Shown: piece after piece, positions 25,971 through 35,531 of the stretch | Numbering within the stretch: the stretch's first letter is position 1 | Layout of the letters: each line of letters opens with the position of its first letter | NCBI GenBank assembly: GCA_965140785.1 | Contig: OZ223500.1 | Location: forward strand, 1-36,698 | Length of the DNA stretch: 36,698 bases | Source: an uncultured Ruficoccus sp. | Lineage (GTDB): Bacteria; Verrucomicrobiota; Verrucomicrobiia; Opitutales; Cerasicoccaceae | Direction: 5' to 3' | Notes under the pieces: model-generated | Told to the model about the DNA's origin: nothing | The model's input: only the letters and a program-made list of their open reading frames with translations | Databases searched by the model: none | Translations under genes and position numbers: made by a program

Positions 25971-27464
25971 TCAATGATCCCACGGGAAGCGCCAGGCGCG
26001 CTCACGCGGCTGGAGCCACATGTCGAAGGGCTCGAACATTTTTCCGGGGTTGAGGATGCCGTTGGGGTCGAGCGCGTCCTTGATCCGCTGCATGGCGGCG
26101 ATCTCCGCACCGGTGTGCTGAAGCCCGAGATAGGGACTCTTGGCCAGGCCGATGCCGTGCTCGCCGGTGATGGCTCCGCCCAGCTCGACCACTTTCTCCA
26201 TGATCAGGCCGATCGACTCCTTGGCCCGTTTACGCTGGTCGGCGTCGTCCCAGTCGAACATCACGTGGACGTGGAAATTCCCGTCCGCGGCGTGGCCGAA
26301 GGTCGGGGTGGCCAACCCGGTTTTTTTCTTCACCTCCAGGGTGTACTTCAACAGCGGCAGTTGCGACTCTAGCGGCACCACGATGTCCTCGTTGAGCTTG
26401 GTGTCGCCCATCTGGAACATCGCCTGCGAGCAGGTTCTGCGAATTTTCCAAAGCGCCTCGGCCTCCGCGTCGCTCTTGGCTTGGCGCAGCCACAGCGCCC
26501 GCGGGCCGAGCAGGTCGCGAACGGGCTTCTGCTGGCGGCGGACCTGCGCCCTGCCCCCGTCGATCTCCATCAACAGCATGGCCGGGGCGGCGGCGCCGGG
26601 CTTGACCCGGAACGGCAGCGTGCCGAGCGTCCCGGCCTTCTCGTGCTTGCGCAGGAAGCAGTCCAGCGTCTGCCGGTCGATAAACTCCAGAATGGCCGGA
26701 ATGAGCCGGGCCTTGAGAATCTCCCGCACCGTGCGCAGGGCCGCCGCCTCGTCCTTGTAGGCGGCGAGAAAAGTCGTGCGCGTCTCGGGCTTGGGGATGA
26801 GCTTCAGGGTAGCGCCGGTGACGACACCGAGCATGCCCTCCGAGCCGATCCACAGGTCCCGCAGGTTGAAGCCGGAAACGTACTTTTTCAGCGGCAGGCC
26901 CCACTTGACCGGCTCGCCGGTGGGCAGAAAGCCTTCCAGCGCCACCACATAGTCACGCGTCACGCCGTACTTGGCCGCGCGCAGTCCCCCGGCGTTGCAG
27001 GCGATGTTGCCACCGATGGTCGAGTAGCCCTTGGAGGAGGGATCAGGCGGGTAAAACCACCCCTTTTTCTCCGCCGCCTCGTTGATCTTCGCATTAATCG
27101 CTCCGGCCCCGACATGCGCATAGCCGCTGACGGCGTCGATTTTAATAGCGTCCCAGCCGGAGAGGTCCAGTACCCAGCCGCCGCAGATAGGGGTCGTCGC
27201 CCCGGTGGTGGCCGAGCCAGCCCCCCGGGTCGTCACCGGCACCCGGTATTTATTGGCCAGTCGCAACACCTCCCCCACTTCCTCATGGTGGGCCGGGCGG
27301 ATGACCGCGTCGGGCAGGTGGGCCAAGCGGCAGGTATCCAGCGAGGCCACCCGACGGGCTTCATCGCTGGTATCGACAATTTTCACCACCTTGCGCAGTT
27401 GGCGCAGGGCCTGGGCCTTACGGCGCGAATCGGCAAACTCGGGACGGGCGGAACGGGTGGGCAT
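25971..27464 (-). CDS. FAD-linked 2-hydroxyacid oxidoreductase (GlcD/D-lactate dehydrogenase family)
   Basis: RGAGS, YPPDPSS, TIGGNIACNAGG, KYGVTRDYV, GSEGMLGV, FGHAADGNFH, GGAITGEHGIG, DPNGILNPGK. Confidence 0.9.
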   Translation of the reverse strand: MPTRSARPEFADSRRKAQALRQLRKVVKIVDTSDEARRVASLDTCRLAHLPDAVIRPAHHEEVGEVLRLANKYRVPVTTRGAGSATTGATTPICGGWVLDLSGWDAIKIDAVSGYAHVGAGAINAKINEAAEKKGWFYPPDPSSKGYSTIGGNIACNAGGLRAAKYGVTRDYVVALEGFLPTGEPVKWGLPLKKYVSGFNLRDLWIGSEGMLGVVTGATLKLIPKPETRTTFLAAYKDEAAALRTVREILKARLIPAILEFIDRQTLDCFLRKHEKAGTLGTLPFRVKPGAAAPAMLLMEIDGGRAQVRRQQKPVRDLLGPRALWLRQAKSDAEAEALWKIRRTCSQAMFQMGDTKLNEDIVVPLESQLPLLKYTLEVKKKTGLATPTFGHAADGNFHVHVMFDWDDADQRKRAKESIGLIMEKVVELGGAITGEHGIGLAKSPYLGLQHTGAEIAAMQRIKDALDPNGILNPGKMFEPFDMWLQPRERAWRFPWDH

Positions 27465-27602
27465 CGCTCATACATAAGGCATCGCCCCGGCCCCGGAAAA
27501 GGGAAAAAGCAAGATTCACACAGCTTCCAGCTGGTCTAAAAACGAGAATAAATGAAATGGGCGTTGACCGTTACAGCTCATTTTTACCAAATATTCTGTG
27601 CC

Positions 27603-28610
27603 ATGGGATTTGATCCGCCATCCGTCTCTGTCAGAGGGTCGAGGACTCGGACAGGAGGTGTTCTTGCTGTCGTCCTCGTCCTCCTAATCATCGCCGTCGG
27701 TCTGACCCTCGGTGCCGTCTATTTTTTCAAGGACAAGATCATCGCCTTCGTCGAGGAGAAAGTCCCCACTGCGCCGGCCATTGAGGCTCCCGCCAGTCCC
27801 GTCAACGGTTCGCTCGTGTTGGAGCGGGTGGACATCTACCGCCAGGGGCCGGTCGAGGTGGCTTCCGTGCAGGAGATTCCCGGCCAGATCGTCGCCCTCA
27901 TGCAGGAGCAGAGCACGTGCTTCCACGCCGTCATCGACGCCGCCGAGCGCGTGCAGAACCGCGGCCTCAGCCCCGAGCAAGCCGCCCGCTGGGAAGAAAT
28001 CCTGAAAAGCTTTCCCGAGAAGGTTTACTTCTCCGAGCCCCTCGCCGGGCAATTCGAGACCGGACCACAGGCCGCTATCCTGGCCCGCCACGGAGAAAAC
28101 AATACGCATTCGATGAGCGTCCCGCTCTACGACCAGTTTTACGGCATCGCCGCCCAGGCTGATCCGCTCAACCTGAGTGCCGCCATCACCACCATGGAGC
28201 AGAAGCTCAACGCCGAGTTGAAATGGCGCGAGCTGCGCAGACCCCATGAGCGCAGCAGCGACCCCTTCACCCGCGCCAAGTCCAGTGCCGACCTCGCTTG
28301 GCTCCATGCCTGTGAGGATTACCTGACTGTCCTGAAGGACGCGCTCTCCGAGTTTCCTCAGGACGGCGGTATCAGCAACGACGACCACAACCAATGCGTC
28401 GCAGCCTGGAAGAATTTTAACGCCCAAAACGGTGCCAAACTCGCGCAGTGGTACGCCACCGCCGCCCAGGCCCCCACCGCCTACTACACTCCCTCGGTTA
28501 ATTATTCCGCCGCAGGCTGCCCGGTCGCCCGCATCCCTTTCGGCGGACACTACCTTTACCTGATTCCCGATACCGCCCCGGAGGAAATCATCTTTACCCA
28601 GCAACCTTGA
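27603..28610 (+). CDS. Hypothetical protein with a single N-terminal TM helix
   Basis: RTRTGG followed by VLAVVLVLLIIAVGLTLGAVYFF. The start could be 27552 or 27603. Confidence 0.7.
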   Translation: MGFDPPSVSVRGSRTRTGGVLAVVLVLLIIAVGLTLGAVYFFKDKIIAFVEEKVPTAPAIEAPASPVNGSLVLERVDIYRQGPVEVASVQEIPGQIVALMQEQSTCFHAVIDAAERVQNRGLSPEQAARWEEILKSFPEKVYFSEPLAGQFETGPQAAILARHGENNTHSMSVPLYDQFYGIAAQADPLNLSAAITTMEQKLNAELKWRELRRPHERSSDPFTRAKSSADLAWLHACEDYLTVLKDALSEFPQDGGISNDDHNQCVAAWKNFNAQNGAKLAQWYATAAQAPTAYYTPSVNYSAAGCPVARIPFGGHYLYLIPDTAPEEIIFTQQP

Positions 28611-28613
28611 ATC

Positions 28614-29240
28614 ATGCCCGATAAAGTCCCTCTCAAAGGCAACGGCCAGCCTGAGTCCGCGCCTCCTCCACTGATAGCCGGGGGCCAGACGGGTTCACGC
28701 AAGCCCTCCAAACGCCCCAAGTCTCAATACGAAAGACAGCGGGACCGCAGCAAGCTGTGGGACGAGATCAGCGGCTACCTGCGCCTGCTGACCATTATCG
28801 CCCTCGGTGTAGGCGGCTATTACGTGTACCGCTATTACACGGCCCCCGAGTATGAGCGCAACGACCGCTTCGCCCTGATGGAGAAGATCATCGTCAAGCC
28901 GGTTAAGTTCAAGGACCCCGTCAATACTACCGCCCTGGGCGCTCCAAGCTCGGTCATATATCCGCCCAAGTACGTCTTCAAGTGCCTCGGCGAATCGACC
29001 CGCGACAACTACTACGTCGTGGTCGATGAAGAAATCTACTACGACTATCCGCTGCGGACCATCTTCATGCGCGGTGACGTGGAGCGCTATCAGGTGTTCA
29101 ACTCGATGAACGAACTGCAGGAGCACTACAGCACGCTGGAGACCGCCCCGACCACTGAAGAAAAAGGCAGCGGCGGCTTCAGCGATTTCATCGCCGGGAT
29201 CAAGAACTTCCTGGGCCTGGGCGAGAAACAGCAGCAATAG
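28614..29240 (+). CDS. Hypothetical single-pass membrane protein
   Basis: Basic N-terminus, TM LLTIIALGVGGYYVY; 3 nt downstream of the previous gene. Confidence 0.72.
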   Translation: MPDKVPLKGNGQPESAPPPLIAGGQTGSRKPSKRPKSQYERQRDRSKLWDEISGYLRLLTIIALGVGGYYVYRYYTAPEYERNDRFALMEKIIVKPVKFKDPVNTTALGAPSSVIYPPKYVFKCLGESTRDNYYVVVDEEIYYDYPLRTIFMRGDVERYQVFNSMNELQEHYSTLETAPTTEEKGSGGFSDFIAGIKNFLGLGEKQQQ

Positions 29241-29482
29241 CCCTTTCCCCGACTCAAATGCTAATGCAAGCAGGTAGCATTTCTAATAAAAACCAAGTGA
29301 AGCATTTCCCCGAAGGCGAAATTCACGATTCCTGGCCGTCTGTATCCCCTTTATCCATAAGCCTTCGTGAGGCGATACGGCCATATTGCCTGTAATAATC
29401 GAAAGCGGACAGGCACTAAATGCCGTTGACAGTTGTATGATAAAATAGCATTCGGTATTCACCGTTTATGCCATCCGCCATC

Positions 29483-32406
29483 ATGAAAAAACTCATCCTT
29501 CTAGCCGCATTTTGCGCGTTTTTCACCGGCGGCCTTCAGGCCGCGTCCTATCACGGCCTTTACCGCGGCAACTACTACCTGGAAAGCCACCGTAGCGGCT
29601 ACTATTACGAGACCGGTTTCTTCGTCGTCCATGTTGATAAACGCGACCGGGCAACCGTCTGGCTCGGCAGCACCTATGCCAATAATAATGCCGACGAGCA
29701 AGCAGTCGAAAAATTGACTTTCAGCCTCAACAGCGAAGGCTGGGGCAAGTTCAAAACCCACAACCGCTATTACGTCTCCTGCCAGATAAATCCCGACGGC
29801 ACGATCACCGTCGCCAGTCTGGAGGAAGATGTGGACATCTACGCCTCTGATACGGAATACGTCCCCTGGGGAGAGACTAGCTACGAATCCGGCAAATACA
29901 GCATCTCCGGCAAAGTCTCCCAGTACGGCTACTCGGTCTCGGTCAGCGGCGAAGCCCTCATCCTCCCGGATGGAGACAGCTACCTGTACCTTTCCGCCAG
30001 CGGGGCCAAGGCCATGGAACGCATCGGCCTGTATAATACCGGCTACAGCGTGGCGGCGGAGCCGATTGTAAGCCTGGATTATGTCAGCCTGCAGGTGGGC
30101 AAGCTTCAGTTGAAAGTCCACTATGTCGAGCCGGTCGATAATATTACCGTTGATCTGACTCTGAGCCAGAGAGAGAGCTTCTTCGACACCGACGCTGACG
30201 GGGTCAGCAACTACGACGAGATCGCATTCGGCACCGACGAAACCCTGACCGACACCGATAAAACCGCGAAGGCGATGTCTATGAATATCTGGCGGACTTC
30301 CTCGGCATTGAGGACATGACTGCCAACACCCCGCAACTGGGCATTTACTCGTTCGGGGATGAGTATTTCTCCACCACGATTGTGCCTTCCTCCAAAACCG
30401 GCGCTGCCGTCTTTGTCGAGGAAGACATAAGCCTCTACGAGGGTGAGGAGCTCGAGTTGATCGAAACCTACTTGAACAAGAGAGGGCTCTACCCCGACGA
30501 GAACCTGCGCCTGTGCTACACGTTCAATATCTCCTGGGACAAGAACGGCCGCATCAAGGCCAGCGATCCCTATGGCGATGTCCTCTTCGGTTTGATGAGC
30601 GCCACTGGCACACTCGGTGTTAGTTCCATCGGCACCTCGGGCATATGGCCTCACGACGTGCAAAGCTATTTCACCGCGCCAGACGAGCTCCTGGGCCTTT
30701 ATCAGGGCTCGGTCACCTATAAGGGGAAAAAAAGCAGTGTTTACATGATCCTGTATGGAAATGGTGAATACACGCTCTACACCTCCCTCAAGAGCAAGAG
30801 CTACGAAAGCACCACGGGTACCTACTCTCTCACGACAACCGGCGATAATAATGATCTGGCCATCGCCTTCTCTGGCTTGAGCGTCGCCGAGGGCAACACC
30901 CTCAACGGCGTCGTGGCCGAACTCAAGGGCAGTGCCAGCTCCATGAAGATCGACTTCAATGCCCGCAAATCCGACATCATCACCGATGTGGACCGCCTCA
31001 TCCTCAGCCGGAAATTTGACCTCAACGACAGCGACCGGGACGGACTCAGCAACTGGGAGGAAATAAATACATACGGAACCGATCCCCTGCTCAGCGACAC
31101 GGACCGTGACGGCCAGAGTGACGCCGCCGAAATCGAGGCCGGCACGGACGCCAATGACAAATCCGTCTTTCCAGCTAGTATTCGCCTCACGGCCTACCCG
31201 GCCAGCGGCCTGAAGCTCACCGAATACTACGAGCTCAAACTGTACCTCAACGACGAACTCTACGAAATCTATCCCCTCGATAAAAACGGCCGCTTGAGGA
31301 CGACCATTTACCTGCCCACCGGATCGACCTACTCGATCTACGCCACCGTCAACTTCAAGAACGACCCGGCAAATCCGCTTCCGCCCGGAGACGACTTCGT
31401 CCCCTACACCAGCGGCGCCCCCGAAGTGGTAGAGCTCACGCGCTCAACCAGCGTTAAGCTGACCCTCGACGGTGACATGGACGGCGACGGGCTGCTCGAC
31501 AGCCTTGAAGCCAAATACAAATGTGACCCCACCCTCGTCGATACCGACGGGGACGGCCTCACCGACGCCGAAGAGGTCCAGATGAAGCTCAAGCCCTACC
31601 TGGCCGACTCCGACCGCGACGGCTACGCCGACAATATCGAAGTCGCGCTGGGCACGGACCCGCTAAAGAAAAACGACGCGCCCGTCGCCTACGCCGAACA
31701 GTTCATCGAGGTATCCCTGCAACTCATCTATACAGATGAAAACGGTGCGTATCAGACTCAGGCGCTGGACACCGCCGGGTTCTGCGAACTGCTGGCCGAA
31801 ATCGCCCAGGTGGACAACCCAACCGGCCACCTGATCATCCGCTCGGCTTTCACGGAGGACGAAGTGGATGAAATCTGGATGCTGACCACTGATTCCGGCC
31901 CGAAAGAAATCAACAAATACATCTTCCCGATCAAGGTTTCCGGCCAGCGCAGCTACTTTACGGCTGCCGCCGATGAGGACCTGGTCACGCATCATGTGGC
32001 CGCTTACGAGATCAAAAACAAGCGAACCAAAATCGGCCTCACGGTCATTGCAGACGGCGACTATGAGTACACCGTCCAGGACAACGGCGACTTCTCCGTC
32101 CTCCTGATGAAGGCGCAGAATACGCCGACCCGCATCAGCGGCATTTTCGAGCACCCGGATCTGACACCACGCGACCAGCCCGGCATCCTTCGCGGCACCT
32201 TCACCTATCAGGGCGAGTCGTCCTGGTTCGGGCCCGATTACGTCTTTGGCGACGGAGACATCGGTGGCACCCCGCCCCCGGCCGGCTCGTGGGAACTGCC
32301 CGTCTTTCCTCCGGTGGGCGGCAGAGGGGACTCCTTTTCGAGTGCCTCGATGAATTCTGCTTCGAGCAACACACGGTCAATATTCGTTCCCTCGCACGCA
32401 AGGTGA
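29483..32406 (+). CDS. Large exported protein with seven DxDxDG-type Ca-binding (TSP3/binary-toxin-like) repeats; about 974 aa after restoring one A at 30260-30263
   Basis: Signal peptide MKKLILLAAFCAFFTGGLQA (alternative start 29468). Repeats DTDADGVSNYDE, DTD[KN]REGD, DSDRDGLSNWEE, DTDRDGQSD, DMDGDGLLD, DTDGDGLTD and DSDRDGYAD, with GTDP-like spacers. The downstream frame is open from 30262. Confidence 0.78.
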
Positions 32407-32484
32407 GCCTGTCCTCTTGACTCCTCCTGTCGACTACTAATCCGTCACAGATTCACAACAAATACGCTCGGGCGCCGGCCCCTG

Positions 32485-32509
32485 GAGCTGGATAGCCCCG
32501 GCTCTCTTT
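32485..32509 (+). terminator. Possible weak terminator hairpin between convergent genes
   Basis: GAGCTGG-ATAGCC-CCGGCTC followed by TCTTT. Confidence 0.3.
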
Positions 32510-32544
32510 ATCCATGAATGTATGGGTGAGAAGGACACGCCCCC

Positions 32545-34089
32545 CTACTTCGTCTGCTCCAGGTGCGCCTCGACCGTCCGGGCTACCGCCGCGAAGCGGT
32601 CCTTGAGGTCGGCGTACAGCCCGCGGTAGTGCGGATAAAAGTCCGCGTACACCCCCGGATTCTGCGGTCGCTGCTCGGAGGTCACCTTCAGGGTTTGCTC
32701 ACAGGCCGACTCAACCGAGTCATACACGCCCGTTCCCACCCCGGCCAGGATCGCCGCCCCGTAGGCCGCGCCTTCGCTGGCGTTGTTGGTCACGATGGTC
32801 GTGTCAAAGATATCGGCCATCAATGAGCGCCACAGCGGCGATTTGGCTCCGCCGCCCGAGGCGACCACCTGCGCAGGCTCGATTCCCAGCGCCCGCATCA
32901 GCTCCAGCGAATCCTTCATCCCGTAGGTCACCCCTTCCAGCACCGCCCGCACCATGTGAGCGCGCCCGTGTCGCAGGCTCAACCCGAAGAATACTCCCCG
33001 CGCGTCCGGGTCCGGGTACGGCGTGCGCTCGCCCGAGAGGTACGGCAGAAAGAGCAGCCCCTCGCAGCCCGGCGCGACCGAGGTCGCCTGCGTATCCAAA
33101 ATCCGATACACATCCACGCCTTGCCGCTTGGCCTCCTCCTGCTCGTGCAGGGCGAGCTGGTTGCGGTACCATTGGTAAGAGCCCGCCGCCGAAAGCATAA
33201 CCCCCATCAGGTGCCACTGACCGGGCACCGCCGCGCAAAAGGCATGCAGCCGCCCCTGCGGCTCGACCCGGTACTTCTCGGAGTGGGCGAAGACCACGCC
33301 GCTGGTGCCAAAGGTGGCCGACACCACCCCCTCGCGGACGATGCCGCAGCCCACCGCCTGCGCGGCCTGGTCGCCCCCGCCGCCGACGATCGGCGTGCCC
33401 GCCCGCAGTCCGGTCAGCCGGGCCGCCTCCTCGGAGACATGGGCGGTGACTTCGACCGACTCGGCCACATCCGCCATCCATGCGCGCGGAATGTCACAAG
33501 CCGCCAGCATTTCCTCCGACCAGTCCCGGCGGCTGACATTGAGCAGCCCCATCCCGGAGGCGTCGGAAACCTCGGTGGCATAGGTCCCCGAGAGCCGGTA
33601 GCGGATGTAGTCCTTGGGCAGGAGAACCTTGGCGGTTTGCTTAAAAATCTCCGGCTCGTTGTCACGCACCCAGAGTATCTTCGGCGCGGTAAAGCCCGGC
33701 AGCACCGGATTTCCGGTTAGTTCGATCACCTTGTCCGCGCCGACTTTTTCCGTCAGGGCGGCGCACTGGGCGGTGGTCCGCTGGTCGTTCCACATGATGC
33801 ACGGACGCAGGACCCGCCCCTCCGCCCCGAGCAGCACCATGCCGTGCATCTGGCCGGTCAGGCCGATCCCGGCGATGTCGTCCGGCCCGACCCCGCTTTG
33901 CTCCAGCATGGCCTTGATCGCAGTCAGGACCGCCTGCCACCAGTTCTCCGGATCGCACTCGGCCCAGCCGGGCCGCGGCGTCTCAAAGTCGTACTCCGGT
34001 GCCAGCGTGAACACCACGTCCCCCGCGTCGTTGATCAAAATTGTCTTGGTCGAGGAGGTACCGACATCGATTCCGATGAGATGAGGCAT
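32545..34089 (-). CDS. xylB: Xylulokinase
   Basis: Start reassigned to ATG 34089. IGIDVGTSSTK, GLTGQMHG, MWNDQR, GFTAPKILW, LLPKDY, GGGGDQAA, GTSGVVF, LFLPYLSGERTP. Confidence 0.92.
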   Translation of the reverse strand: MPHLIGIDVGTSSTKTILINDAGDVVFTLAPEYDFETPRPGWAECDPENWWQAVLTAIKAMLEQSGVGPDDIAGIGLTGQMHGMVLLGAEGRVLRPCIMWNDQRTTAQCAALTEKVGADKVIELTGNPVLPGFTAPKILWVRDNEPEIFKQTAKVLLPKDYIRYRLSGTYATEVSDASGMGLLNVSRRDWSEEMLAACDIPRAWMADVAESVEVTAHVSEEAARLTGLRAGTPIVGGGGDQAAQAVGCGIVREGVVSATFGTSGVVFAHSEKYRVEPQGRLHAFCAAVPGQWHLMGVMLSAAGSYQWYRNQLALHEQEEAKRQGVDVYRILDTQATSVAPGCEGLLFLPYLSGERTPYPDPDARGVFFGLSLRHGRAHMVRAVLEGVTYGMKDSLELMRALGIEPAQVVASGGGAKSPLWRSLMADIFDTTIVTNNASEGAAYGAAILAGVGTGVYDSVESACEQTLKVTSEQRPQNPGVYADFYPHYRGLYADLKDRFAAVARTVEAHLEQTK

Positions 34090-34256
34090 ACGGTCATCTT
34101 CGAACACCCCGCCCGCGCTGGCCACCCGAAAACACCCCCGCAGCCCCCGCTCCTGCGTCAATCGTACCCCGCGATTGCGCCATGGCAATTCAACCGAAAA
34201 CTCTACCCGGACCAAGGGCCTGTCCGCCCTCCTGCCGGGCTATCCATTGGATGCTC

Positions 34257-34284
34257 CAATGACCAATGACAAATAATCAATGAC
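34257..34284. repeat. CAATGAC heptamer tract just after the pfkA stop
   Basis: CAATGAC-CAATGAC-AAATAAT-CAATGAC; reverse complement of the unit at 19076-19110. Confidence 0.7.
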
Positions 34285-34290
34285 CAGCCT

Positions 34291-35421
34291 TTACTTGTCC
34301 CCGAGGCAGGTCTCGACCAGCATAGCGGCCTGGAGCCAGCCGTGGTCGTGAGGAACGGTCTTGATCTTGCCGGCGACCTCCTCCAGCGGCACGGGAACGG
34401 CCTGCGTCCCCTTGACGGACACCATGTGGTTGTAGTGCCCATCGGCCAGCAGGCGGCCCGCCGTCGTCCCCAGCAGGGTGCACAGCAGACGGTCGCGGGC
34501 GGAGGGCGAGCCTCCGCGCTGAACATGGCCGAGCGAGGTCGTGCGGGCCTCCAGGCCGGTCAATTGCTGAAGCTCGCGGGCGATCCGGCTGTCGAGCGAC
34601 TCCTGCACCAGGTGCGGCTCGCCGGGCTTGTGCTTGCGCGGGGCGGCCTTCTTTTTGGCCTGCTTCTTTTTCTCCTTCTCCTTGGCGGACTCGGAAGCCT
34701 CGGCCTTGGAGATGGCCCCCTCGGCCACCGCGATGATGGAAAAGCGTTTGTTGTGCTTGCGGCGCTCGATCAGATGATCGGCGATGACATTGAGATCGTA
34801 GGGAATCTCCGGGATGAGCACCACGTCGGCCCCGCCGGCGACCCCGGCACCGAGGGCGAGCCAACCGGCCTTGTGCCCCATCAGTTCGCAGACGATGACC
34901 CGGTGGTGGCTGGTCGCGGTGGTGTGCAGCCGGTCGATGGCGTCGGTGGCAATGTTCATTGCGGTGTCGAAGCCGAAGGACACGTCCGTCTCGGCCACAT
35001 CATTGTCGATCGTCTTGGGCAGGGTCAGGACGTTGAGCCCGGCCTTCTGCATGCGCAGGGCGTTTTTCTGGGTGCCGTTGCCGCCCAGGCAAACCAGGCA
35101 GTCGATCTGCTGGGCCTTGGCGTTAGCCACGGCCACCTCGGTCATGTCGAGGATCTGGTCGCCCATCGGCATCTTGTGGGGCTTGTCACGGCTGGTGCCC
35201 AGGAGCGTGCCCCCGAGCGTCAGGATGCCGGAGACCTGCGCGTCGTCCAGCGGCATGAAGCGGTTCTCAACCAGCCCGCGGAAGCCGTCCATCACTCCGA
35301 GGACCTTGATCCCGTGGTGCATGGCAGACTTGGCCACTCCGCGGATGGCAGCGTTCAATCCGGGGCAATCCCCACCCGAGGTGAGGATGCCGATACATTT
35401 GGTTTTCGGCTTACGGGCCAT
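34291..35421 (-). CDS. pfkA: 6-phosphofructokinase (PfkA family, group III-like)
   Basis: Start at ATG 35421. [67 protein letters not shown]. Confidence 0.93.
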   Translation of the reverse strand: MARKPKTKCIGILTSGGDCPGLNAAIRGVAKSAMHHGIKVLGVMDGFRGLVENRFMPLDDAQVSGILTLGGTLLGTSRDKPHKMPMGDQILDMTEVAVANAKAQQIDCLVCLGGNGTQKNALRMQKAGLNVLTLPKTIDNDVAETDVSFGFDTAMNIATDAIDRLHTTATSHHRVIVCELMGHKAGWLALGAGVAGGADVVLIPEIPYDLNVIADHLIERRKHNKRFSIIAVAEGAISKAEASESAKEKEKKKQAKKKAAPRKHKPGEPHLVQESLDSRIARELQQLTGLEARTTSLGHVQRGGSPSARDRLLCTLLGTTAGRLLADGHYNHMVSVKGTQAVPVPLEEVAGKIKTVPHDHGWLQAAMLVETCLGDK

Positions 35422-35433
35422 AGTCGGGAAAAG

Positions 35434-35485
35434 GTTATACTGCATGCCACGGGGCTTTGACAAGTCCCCTCTCCGGGGCTTAATT
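35434..35485. promoter_or_regulatory. Possible back-to-back promoters sharing an overlapping -35 region
   Basis: Plus strand: TTGACA (35457-35462)-N17-TTAATT. Minus strand: TTGTCA (35463-35458)-N18-TATAAC (35439-35434). Confidence 0.35.
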
Positions 35486-35531
35486 GGCATCGCTTTCCTC
35501 TATTCTCAACCCACCTCATCCCGTGCCAATC

